From contig NZ_PVWO01000088.1 in NCBI RefSeq assembly GCF_003003845.1, positions 1 to 15,545 of the forward strand: a DNA stretch of 15,545 nucleotides. The letters run 5' to 3'. The first letter of the stretch is position 1. Each line of letters starts with the position of its first letter. Of this stretch, positions 1 to 6,811 are shown piece by piece. The notes under the pieces are model-generated. The model saw only the letters and a program-made list of their open reading frames with translations, did no database searches and was not told where the DNA came from. The stretch comes from Chamaesiphon polymorphus CCALA 037 (GTDB lineage Bacteria; Cyanobacteriota; Cyanobacteriia; Cyanobacteriales; Chamaesiphonaceae). The translations under genes and the position numbers were made by a program.

Positions 1-14
1 ATGGTGAAACCCCC

Positions 15-584
15 GTGAATAAAAATCAAGCTACCAATATCTCGACACTCAAAGCCGAAGTCGCTCGGTTTCGGGAAGAACTCAATACCCGCGACAAACT
101 CGTCCACCAACTCTCTCAAGAGCTGTTTAGACTAGTCAAAGATAACACTCCCTATGCACCCAGACCAGAAGTAGCTGGAGATTATCGTGCGGAAGTACGG
201 TTGCTGCGCGAACAATTGCAAGGCGTCGAACAGCAAGTGCATTTTTATCAAGAACAGCTTCAGCGTAGGGATCTAGAGATCCAGCAACTGCGTCAAACGA
301 TCCGCGAACTAACAGAACGCGGACAAATGTTGGAGCAAGTAATTCGGGAGCTACCCAAGGTTTATACGCGCAAATTTGCCGAGCGGTTAGCACCGATTAA
401 GAACAAGATTATGTCATTGCAGATCGAAAATCGCCAGCTTCAAGCGGAGTTAGTCGCCGTCACAGATCGCATCGCTGCTAGAGGGATAAATCTCGAATCA
501 TCGTTACCCGATCTGAAGTTGGATTTACCCAATATCGCACTCCAGCAGTCTCATCCGCCATTGACAGTCCTCAGTCATGCCTAA
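15..584 (+). CDS. coiled-coil protein of unknown function (start may lie upstream of the window)
   Basis: ORF-track ORF with GTG at 15. The same frame stays open back to nt 3, so the true start may be outside the window. The translation is Glu/Gln/Leu/Arg-rich with heptad-like spacing (LKAEVARFREELNTRDKLVHQLSQELFRLV; LREQLQGVEQQVHFYQEQLQRRDLEIQQLRQTIRELTERGQMLEQVIREL), typical of a coiled coil. The TAA stop (582-584) overlaps the ATG of the next ORF. No family recognised. Confidence 0.6.
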   Translation: MNKNQATNISTLKAEVARFREELNTRDKLVHQLSQELFRLVKDNTPYAPRPEVAGDYRAEVRLLREQLQGVEQQVHFYQEQLQRRDLEIQQLRQTIRELTERGQMLEQVIRELPKVYTRKFAERLAPIKNKIMSLQIENRQLQAELVAVTDRIAARGINLESSLPDLKLDLPNIALQQSHPPLTVLSHA

Positions 585-1143
585 AACTGTGGTGATTCTG
601 GATGAGACTCCAGATAGTCAAAGGTTGGGTGTGGCGATGTTGGGAGCCATCGGCGAACTAGTTGATTCGGTGCAGTTTTTAGCTGTAGCGGAATTACCAG
701 CAGTTGCCGATCCCAAGGCGATTTATTGCCCGTTGACATTAGATGTCCCGCCAACTTTTGAATTTTGGGGTCGATCGATCGGTAGATCTTGCCAAGAAAT
801 CGATCGACTCCGCGACCTAGCCGCCATCACAACCGATGTCAAAGTCGGCGATGGTGGAAACTTGTGGTTGCCTGTAATTTGGACGGCTAAAGACCCAATT
901 TATGGGGAGGTTATCGGTGGGATGGCAGCGAATCGGGATCGGCAACCGCTGTATCGGTTTGGCGAGCGACTGCTGACAGAACTAAGCGCGCCACCCGCCA
1001 CTTATTTAGTGCAATTGAGTCAGGATCGAGCGGGGATAATATTCGATCGATTATTTCCCTTTCCAGCAATACCCGTACTAGGCAGTGTTAAACAGCCACT
1101 AGATCTATTCGATTGTCATTGGCGATGTATCACTAACCAATAG
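577..1143 (+). CDS. hypothetical protein, translationally coupled to the upstream coiled-coil ORF
   Basis: 188-codon ORF. Its ATG (577) lies inside ATGCCTAA, giving an 8-nt overlap with the upstream stop. No motif I can name. Composition and CGATCG content match the neighbouring genes. Confidence 0.6.
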   Translation: MPKTVVILDETPDSQRLGVAMLGAIGELVDSVQFLAVAELPAVADPKAIYCPLTLDVPPTFEFWGRSIGRSCQEIDRLRDLAAITTDVKVGDGGNLWLPVIWTAKDPIYGEVIGGMAANRDRQPLYRFGERLLTELSAPPATYLVQLSQDRAGIIFDRLFPFPAIPVLGSVKQPLDLFDCHWRCITNQ

Positions 1144-1273
1144 TTGGGAGTTGGGGGTTAGGAGTTGGGAGCGCACAGTGGGGAGTTGGGATAAGAATGT
1201 ATCAGAACTAGAGGACTGTACCTTAATCCAGCAACTATCAACTCCCAACTCCCAACTATCAACTATCAACGAT
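1144..1273. repeat. STRR-like heptanucleotide arrays in inverted orientation (long imperfect hairpin)
   Basis: Seven heptads at 1144-1192: TTGGGAG TTGGGGG TTAGGAG TTGGGAG CGCACAG TGGGGAG TTGGGAT. A 39-nt spacer follows. Six heptads at 1232-1273: CAACTAT CAACTCC CAACTCC CAACTAT CAACTAT CAACGAT. CAACTCC is the reverse complement of GGAGTTG, which is the same repeat in another phase, so the two blocks can pair. Confidence 0.85.
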
Positions 1274-1408
1274 CGATTAATTTAACTTCTCGATCGTGCT
1301 AGCAAATCTGTCAAATGTGGGCAAGATAACTGAGTGACTTGTCAGTCGAGCGTGTTGAGACTGACGACTATTCAGATCTTATCTCACCGTTGGGGGCTGC
1401 TGGCAACT

Positions 1409-2410
1409 ATGAAGAAAGCATTAATTACCGGATTAACTGGACAAGATGGTTCGTATCTAGCCGAACTGTTACTGGGTAAAGGATATCAAGTATTTGGCTT
1501 AGTCAGACGTTCTAGCGGTAGCAATCTCGATCGAATCGGTCATTTGGGCGATCGAATTCAGGTAATATCTGGAGATTTGCTAGATCAAACATCCCTGATG
1601 GATGCGATCGCGATTTCGCAACCCGATGAAGTCTATAATCTTGCCTCGCAAAGCTACATTCCCACGTCCTGGACGCAACCATCGCTCACGGCTGAGTATA
1701 CAGCATTAGGTGTATCTCGCCTGCTCGAAGCAATCCGTCGCTGTCATCCCGATGCACGTTTTTATCAAGCTTCTAGTAGTGAAGTATTCGGGCAACCAGA
1801 TGTATCTCCGCAAAACGAGCGTACCGCTTTTCGCCCCCGCAATCCTTACGGCGCAGCCAAAGCCTACGCTCATTGGATGACGACTAACTACCGCCAGCAA
1901 TACAATCTTTATGCGTGCTGCGGGATTACTTATACCCACGAATCCCCCCGCCGTGGCGCGGAATTCGTCTTTCGGAAAATCACCCGCACGGCGGCAATGA
2001 TTAAACTGGGTTTAGCGTCAGAACTCCGACTCGGCAATCTCGATGCGCAACGCGATTGGTGCTATGCCAAAGATGCCGTCAAAGCCATGTGGTTGATGTT
2101 GCAGCAGGAGCAGCCAGATGATTATATTATTGCCAGTGGCGAAACTCATTCGGTCAAAGAGTTAGTGCAATGTGCCTTTAATTATGTCGGTTTAAATTGG
2201 CAAGATTATGTCGTCATCGATCCGAGTTTTTACCGTCCCGACGAACCTATTCAATTAGTTGGAAATATCGCCAAGACTAAAGCTAAGTTACGCTGGACAC
2301 CAGACTATTCTTTCGAGCAATTAGTAGAATTAATGCTCGAAAGCGATCTGCAACAATTAAGTCAAGAAGCTATTCAGCCGAAGGTTCAGCTCGTCTCACA
2401 GTTGAATTAA
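1409..2410 (+). CDS. gmd: GDP-mannose 4,6-dehydratase
   Basis: The ORF-track ORF 1334..2410 contains MKKALITGLTGQDGSYLAELLL (Rossmann GxxGxxG) from ATG 1409, which I take as the real start. It also has SSSEVFG, the PYGAAKAYAHW catalytic YxxxK, HESPRRG and LGNLDAQRDW, all hallmarks of the Gmd short-chain dehydratase family. Confidence 0.93.
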   Translation: MKKALITGLTGQDGSYLAELLLGKGYQVFGLVRRSSGSNLDRIGHLGDRIQVISGDLLDQTSLMDAIAISQPDEVYNLASQSYIPTSWTQPSLTAEYTALGVSRLLEAIRRCHPDARFYQASSSEVFGQPDVSPQNERTAFRPRNPYGAAKAYAHWMTTNYRQQYNLYACCGITYTHESPRRGAEFVFRKITRTAAMIKLGLASELRLGNLDAQRDWCYAKDAVKAMWLMLQQEQPDDYIIASGETHSVKELVQCAFNYVGLNWQDYVVIDPSFYRPDEPIQLVGNIAKTKAKLRWTPDYSFEQLVELMLESDLQQLSQEAIQPKVQLVSQLN

Positions 2411-2450
2411 ATACTGTGGATTCGGTACAAACCTCAGCCCTCACCCCCAG

Positions 2451-2476
2451 CCCCTCTCCCCAAATTTGGAGAGGGG
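2451..2476. terminator. GC-rich hairpin (9-bp stem CCCCTCTCC/GGAGAGGGG, 8-nt loop) in the gmd/lnt convergent spacer
   Basis: 2451-2459 pairs perfectly with 2468-2476. Flanking CCCTC...GAGGG can extend the stem imperfectly to about 2438-2487. There is no clear U-tract, so it may be a REP/MITE-like palindrome rather than a terminator. Confidence 0.4.
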
Positions 2477-2522
2477 AGCGGGAGGGTTTCGATGGATTTG
2501 GTATAAAATTATCCTGAAATTT

Positions 2523-2566
2523 AGGGTAGGGGCAATTCATGAATTGCCCCTACCCTCATTTTTATC
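2523..2566. terminator. intrinsic-terminator-like perfect hairpin, potentially bidirectional
   Basis: AGGGTAGGGGCAATTC-AT-GAATTGCCCCTACCCT (2523-2556) is a perfect 16-bp inverted repeat. On the + strand it is followed by CATTTTTAT. On the - strand it begins 13 nt after the lnt stop codon (2569-2571). Confidence 0.65.
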
Positions 2567-2568
2567 TG

Positions 2569-4170
2569 TCAATTATTTGTATTTTTTAGCGATGGTGTAG
2601 ATTTAAAGAATAAGATTAACCCGATCGCGAATAATAGTGGTGTCAACCAGTTACCATAACTAACGTATAAAGTTTGGGTATTTTGACGATAAACTAAATG
2701 TGCGTGTGCGGCAAATTCATTGAGTTTAGAGATCCATTGCGTGCGTCCGTGCGGATCGATAACTGCTGAATAACCAGTATTGCTAGCGCGTAACATCCAG
2801 CGATCGGTTTCGATCGCTCGCATCAAATCTAGAGCGTGATGTTGTGCTGGCATTGCCGCACCATAATGAGCGTCATTAGAAGCAGTAATAATTAATTCTC
2901 CCGTCTGTGCTTGACGGCGAAAGTGCTCTGGATAGGCCGAATCATAACAGATGCCAAAAATAAAATTACCGAGTGGTGTATTGACGATCGGGGCAAATTT
3001 GCCAGCTAATAAATGCGCTTCTAAAGGTGAAATTGTATCGATAAGTTTGCCTAAATATTGCTCGAACGGAATATATTCGCCTAATGGTACTAATTTCCAC
3101 TTATCATAACGACTGACGATCTGTCCCGTACTATCGATCGTCAAGATACTATTAGTAATTTTGTTACCCACTTCGCCAAATCCACCGAGAAAGGCCATAA
3201 CTTTTTTATCTAAAATCGTTCGATAAAAAGGTGTATTTTTAATATCACTTTCGCGATAGGGAAATGCTGTTTCTGGCGTCATTACTGCCGCTACTCCTTG
3301 CTGCGCTAAGTCTACATAACCTTTAGTATAATTTTCCATGGCCAGATCGTATCCAGAGCGATAATGTCTGACTTCGTTGCCAACATTACCCTGAATGATG
3401 CCGATCTCGATCGCAGATTCAGCTTGTTGTAATAATGGACGATTTGCTAAATTAAACCCGATCGCATGTAAGATAATTATGGATGCGATCGCCGTACCAA
3501 AATAAGGCCATGCCGAGCGACTTTTTCGCTCCGATCGAGTGCGATGCTCGTGCCCAGCGGCTCCGCCAAGGATGGCTAAACAACCTTCAGCAATTAAACC
3601 ATTAATAAACACGATCGCGCCAGTAACAGTTGTCGGCCCCGATAATTGTCCCAGATGCAGAATGGCTAAATTATGCGGACTTTGAGTCATTGCCAATGAC
3701 GACCACCACAAATCTGTCAGACTATATAATTCTTCCAATCCACACCATAAAACCGTCCCTAAAATTACGCGACCAAAGGGATTAATTTGAGGTGTTGAGG
3801 TATAAATAAACCGCAAACCTAACGACCATAAAGTTGCTAAACTCGCACCCCATAAAGTGATAAAAGTCAAGCAAAAAGTAGCAATTCCCAAGCTAGCCAA
3901 ATAAGGAACGCCCATCCAAGTCATGGGATGGATGCCAAAGATCCAACTCAATGCCAAGCCGTAGCAACCAATGCCCCAACAACAGCCATAAACTAGCGCA
4001 CGAGCATCGCGTTGACACAGTAAGTACCACAATGGTGCGATCGCTACCCAAGCCAAATACCAAGCTTCAACGGGTGCAACTGTCATCCCCATCAAGACAC
4101 CACTACCTAGTGCGATGCCGATCTTGAATAGCTTGTGCCGATCGATTCGATCGCGAAAGGGTAGTAGCAT
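2569..4170 (-). CDS. lnt: apolipoprotein N-acyltransferase
   Basis: 533 aa. The N-terminal half is polytopic and hydrophobic. The C-terminal half is a CN-hydrolase domain with the Lnt-type E-K-C signature: VMTPETAFPY, YDKWKLVPLGEYIPF, FGICYDSAYPE. Confidence 0.9.
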   Translation of the reverse strand: MLLPFRDRIDRHKLFKIGIALGSGVLMGMTVAPVEAWYLAWVAIAPLWYLLCQRDARALVYGCCWGIGCYGLALSWIFGIHPMTWMGVPYLASLGIATFCLTFITLWGASLATLWSLGLRFIYTSTPQINPFGRVILGTVLWCGLEELYSLTDLWWSSLAMTQSPHNLAILHLGQLSGPTTVTGAIVFINGLIAEGCLAILGGAAGHEHRTRSERKSRSAWPYFGTAIASIIILHAIGFNLANRPLLQQAESAIEIGIIQGNVGNEVRHYRSGYDLAMENYTKGYVDLAQQGVAAVMTPETAFPYRESDIKNTPFYRTILDKKVMAFLGGFGEVGNKITNSILTIDSTGQIVSRYDKWKLVPLGEYIPFEQYLGKLIDTISPLEAHLLAGKFAPIVNTPLGNFIFGICYDSAYPEHFRRQAQTGELIITASNDAHYGAAMPAQHHALDLMRAIETDRWMLRASNTGYSAVIDPHGRTQWISKLNEFAAHAHLVYRQNTQTLYVSYGNWLTPLLFAIGLILFFKSTPSLKNTNN

Positions 4171-4171
4171 T

Positions 4172-4220
4172 GAGTTGGGAGTTGGGAGTTGGGAGTTGGG
4201 AGTTGGGAGCGGGGAGTGGG
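4172..4220. repeat. tandem heptanucleotide (STRR-like) array abutting the lnt start codon
   Basis: GAGTTGG x5 perfect (4172-4206), then GAGCGGG and GAGTGGG. On the lnt (-) strand this reads (CCAACTC)n and ends one nucleotide before the ATG (4170-4168). It is the same repeat family as 1144-1273. Confidence 0.9.
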
Positions 4221-4284
4221 GACATAGATTGGCACCGAATCACCGAATCCTGTAAATCCTTCAATCCTGATAAAGCTTTAGATT

Positions 4285-4304
4285 TCGATCGCAATTGCGA
4301 TCGA
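4285..4304. repeat. 20-bp perfect palindrome TCGATCGCAATTGCGATCGA
   Basis: Read directly from the sequence. It is two HIP1-like half sites in inverted orientation, in the divergent spacer between lnt (-) and the membrane-protein gene (+). Confidence 0.7.
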
Positions 4305-4461
4305 GCTGCTTAAATTGTGAATGTTTCTATAGATATTTTCCTACCGATCGCGGCTCTGTGTCACAAAAATTAATGCCTCGGGGAGTCACCTCTCATAATC
4401 AGATCGGGGATTCGATCGGGCGAATACGTGCCAAAATCGAGGCCGGACATGGTTTGGTGCC

Positions 4462-4490
4462 TTGATTCACGACTCGATCGCTCATATAAT
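4462..4490 (+). promoter_or_regulatory. sigma-70-type promoter candidate for the 4535 gene
   Basis: TTGATT (4462-4467), an exactly 17-nt spacer, then TATAAT (4485-4490). It ends 45 nt upstream of the TTG start at 4535. Confidence 0.5.
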
Positions 4491-4534
4491 GACTTTATAT
4501 AAATAAACATTAAGTCAACACTTTCGTTAATATT

Positions 4535-5224
4535 TTGCTTAACTCCAGTTATAACTCCGGTGAGAAGAAAGGTACGTGGCGATGGCAACTTCAGGGAACT
4601 TGGAGCGTATTCGCAGCAGCAGCATTTTTGGTCTCCATTCCCGTCTTTGTCGAAGCTCCGCTAGTGCGGCACTACCCAGTTCTGAGCGTTGTTCTCACCA
4701 TCCCGTGGGTTTGTCTGGGTGCGATCTTGTACCAACGTCCCAAAAGCCAAATTTGGGGGGATTTGCTACTCGGATTTAGTTGGAGTTGGCTAGCTGGAGC
4801 GATCTATTGGGGATGGTTTAGGTGGGAGCCAGCCATTCATTTACCGATCGAAGCGATTGGCGTACCGTTTGCAATTTGGGGATTGTCGCGAGGGTTTAAT
4901 AAAATTGGCATCTTATTCTACCTCGGTTCTTTACTCGGCACCGCAATTACCGATTTATATTTTTATCAAGTCGGCTTGCTCGACTATTGGCGACAACTAA
5001 TGCAAGTCGAGCCGAGCCTAGCCATGCCGATCTTACAGCAAGCGATCGCCCAAGTTCGCACGCCTTGGGGTACTGCCTGGGCCGTCGTACTCGTGAATTT
5101 ATTATTAGGTGTGGGTATAATACCTTTAGGAACAAAACAGTGGCATTGGTACGCTTTCAGTGGCGCAGTTTTAACCACCATCGTCGTTGATAGTTTGTTT
5201 CTGTGGATTGCCAGCTATGCCTAG
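4535..5224 (+). CDS. polytopic membrane protein (resembles, from memory, the cyanobacterial DUF3120 family)
   Basis: 229-codon ORF with about 6 hydrophobic, Trp/Gly-rich segments (FAAAAFLVSIPVFVEAPL, VLSVVLTIPWVCLGAILY, LLLGFSWSWLAGAIYWGWF, IGVPFAIWGL, ILFYLGSLLGTAITDLYFY, WAVVLVNLLLGVGIIPL, AVLTTIVVDSLFLWIA). TTG at 4535 is the only plausible start, because there is no in-frame ATG until deep inside the ORF. The family assignment is recall only. Confidence 0.7.
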   Translation: MLNSSYNSGEKKGTWRWQLQGTWSVFAAAAFLVSIPVFVEAPLVRHYPVLSVVLTIPWVCLGAILYQRPKSQIWGDLLLGFSWSWLAGAIYWGWFRWEPAIHLPIEAIGVPFAIWGLSRGFNKIGILFYLGSLLGTAITDLYFYQVGLLDYWRQLMQVEPSLAMPILQQAIAQVRTPWGTAWAVVLVNLLLGVGIIPLGTKQWHWYAFSGAVLTTIVVDSLFLWIASYA

Positions 5225-5306
5225 ACGATCGCCACGATCGATTTAGTGCAGCCCGCAGTTCCTCAACCATCAATCCACTAGTTCACCGTCATATCTATAC
5301 CCAACC

Positions 5307-6347
5307 GTGAACCAGGGCATCTCACCTTATCTGATCCTTAACACTGACAACGGTCAACGCCAGCTATCATTAACTGATGGCAACTGCTGGACTGTCGGTC
5401 GGGGGGATGACAATCAATTTGTAGTCAAAGATCGTTGTATTTCTCGCAACCATGCGATGATCCAATACACTGATGCGGGCGATCACTACCTGATCGATTT
5501 GGGTAGTAGTAATGGCACCTTTGTCAATGGTCGCAGAGTGAGTATTCCCGTCACCATCCACGATGGGGACACGATTACGTTCGGTCAAACTGAATTTGAA
5601 TTTCACTATCCTAAAGCGGATGGTACGCTGGGATTGGATGCCGAAGGGACTCTCGATGGCACTGTCACGTCTATTTTACATCTGCGGAAGCTGATGTCTG
5701 TGATGGTGGTCGATATGCGCAACTTTACGATCCTTACCCGCCAAACCAACGAAAACTTATTATCGGAAGTGATGAGTGCTTGGTTCCGCAATGCTGGCGC
5801 GATCATTCGCAATCGCGGGAGCTGGGTAGATAAATATATCGGCGATGCTTTGATGGCGTTGTGGTTTCACAATGGGGAAACTGTCACCAAACAAGAGATG
5901 ATGAATATTCTCTTGGCACTAGACGACCTCAATCAGATGACTAGAGATTTAAGCCAGCAATATCCATTACCCTTTGAGTTAAAAATTGGTGCGGGTATCA
6001 ATACTGGTCATGCCATGATTGGCAATGCTGGTAGTGGCGACCAACCGGATTATACTGCGTTGGGCGATACCGTCAATGCGGCATTTCGGCTCGAAGCGAT
6101 TACCAAAGAACTTAATGCCGAAATTGCCATCGGGGCTTCTACCTATCGTTACTTAGCACCGTTATTGGGCAAACATCGAGTATTTAAAGAGTGTTCGGTA
6201 GATCTCAAAGGGTACGATGTTCCCGCGATCGTTCATGCTACCAATTTTGGCCCGCTCAATGCCTTTTTGCAATTGGCTAATACTGGCGGAGCTACTACCC
6301 AACTCGTACAGCCGCCACAGCAAACTAATATAATGCAGAAAAATTAG
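5307..6347 (+). CDS. FHA-domain class III adenylate (nucleotidyl) cyclase
   Basis: The N-terminal FHA signature is WTVGRGDDNQFVVKDRCISRNHAMIQ...YLIDLGSSNGTFVNGRRV. The C-terminal class III cyclase catalytic motifs are VMVVDMRNFT, YIGDALMALW, GINTGHAMIGNAG and DYTALGDTVNAAFRLE. The start is assigned to GTG 5307, since there is no in-frame ATG before the FHA domain. The architecture recalls Synechocystis Cya1. Confidence 0.9.
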   Translation: MNQGISPYLILNTDNGQRQLSLTDGNCWTVGRGDDNQFVVKDRCISRNHAMIQYTDAGDHYLIDLGSSNGTFVNGRRVSIPVTIHDGDTITFGQTEFEFHYPKADGTLGLDAEGTLDGTVTSILHLRKLMSVMVVDMRNFTILTRQTNENLLSEVMSAWFRNAGAIIRNRGSWVDKYIGDALMALWFHNGETVTKQEMMNILLALDDLNQMTRDLSQQYPLPFELKIGAGINTGHAMIGNAGSGDQPDYTALGDTVNAAFRLEAITKELNAEIAIGASTYRYLAPLLGKHRVFKECSVDLKGYDVPAIVHATNFGPLNAFLQLANTGGATTQLVQPPQQTNIMQKN

Positions 6348-6431
6348 TACCGATCGCTTTATAGATTAGATGAAAATATAATTGCAATTTAGATTTAGCT
6401 AATAACGCGATCGACACATTTAGCACCGCTA

Positions 6432-6581
6432 CTATACTGATTCTATCCAACGGCAAACTAGTTTGCCATCTGCATCAGTATACCAGCGACCGATCGGACG
6501 GGATGGTTCGGGCTGTTTATCGATCGGTTTAACTGGATTAGCTGGTTGTGGGTGGTTTGATTGGGTAATGGTAAGTGTCAT
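6432..6581 (-). CDS. small peptide, copy A (49 aa), not in the ORF track
   Basis: Hand translation of the - strand gives MTLTITQSNHPQPANPVKPIDKQPEPSRPIGRWYTDADGKLVCRWIESV followed by TAG TAG. GGAG lies 9 nt upstream of the ATG. It is paralogous to 6812..6961 (33/49 identical), with synonymous differences in the conserved C-terminal part. Confidence 0.6.
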   Translation of the reverse strand: MTLTITQSNHPQPANPVKPIDKQPEPSRPIGRWYTDADGKLVCRWIESV

Positions 6582-6703
6582 GATGCTGCGCTCCGAGATT
6601 AATGAATTGTAAAGACATTGAGTATTTGTGAGTTGTTTCTAGACGCGACGAAAGAACAAAAACAGTTTCGATCGATTTTATTTGCTAGTTATATTGACTT
6701 CAA
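6582..6703 (-). promoter_or_regulatory. conserved leader/promoter region of peptide gene A
   Basis: 6582-6641 matches 6962-7021 at 52/60 positions without gaps, which is better conserved than the middle of the ORFs. On the - strand it contains the SD GGAG, a TACAAT box (6611-6606), and further upstream TTGAAG (6703-6698)-N17-TAAAAT (6680-6675). The actual promoter is unresolved. Confidence 0.4.
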
Positions 6704-6753
6704 ATATTAAAACGATGATTCCAGAAACCCGATAATTTTCACAAAAAGTAATA

Positions 6754-6804
6754 TTAGGAATTAGTTTTGACTACTCGATCGGCTAAATAAATTTGGCTCC
6801 AAGC
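6754..6804 (-). pseudogene. relic of the last 16 codons plus stop of the HetZ-like gene (duplication scar)
   Basis: 39/51 nt are identical to 7223-7273. The - strand translates to AWSQIYLADRVVKTNS*, versus AWSQVYLVAQSLRTNS* at the true gene end. There is no upstream coding continuation. Confidence 0.6.
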
Positions 6805-6811
6805 ACCGAGA

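Noticed and set aside
136-393. 85-aa antisense ORF inside the coiled-coil gene
   Set aside because: It is fully nested antisense to a longer ORF that has a coherent coiled-coil sequence. The translation is Arg/Ala/Val-rich, typical of antisense frames.
1334-1408. N-terminal 25-codon extension of gmd given by the ORF track (MTCQSSVLRLTTIQILSHRWGLLAT)
   Set aside because: It starts at GTG and has no similarity to the Gmd N-terminus. The canonical MKKALITGxTGQDGSYL begins at ATG 1409, so 1409 is taken as the start.
4103-4294. 63-aa - strand ORF reading through the heptamer array (PLPAPNSQLPTPNSQL...)
   Set aside because: Its sequence is just the translated repeat. It overlaps the lnt start in another frame and has no independent support.
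4370-4588. 72-aa - strand ORF in the lnt/membrane-protein spacer
   Set aside because: It overlaps the near-consensus + strand promoter and the start of the 4535 gene. It has no SD, no recognisable motif, and a composition typical of non-coding spacer.
4576-5190. Nested ORFs 4576..4779 (+), 4947..5135 (-), 4984..5181 (-), 4987..5190 (+)
   Set aside because: All lie inside the 4535..5224 membrane-protein gene in alternative frames. Their translations are Arg/Ser-rich and low-complexity.
5370-5812. Antisense ORFs 5370..5606 and 5606..5812
   Set aside because: They are nested in the FHA-cyclase gene, whose motifs are unambiguous.
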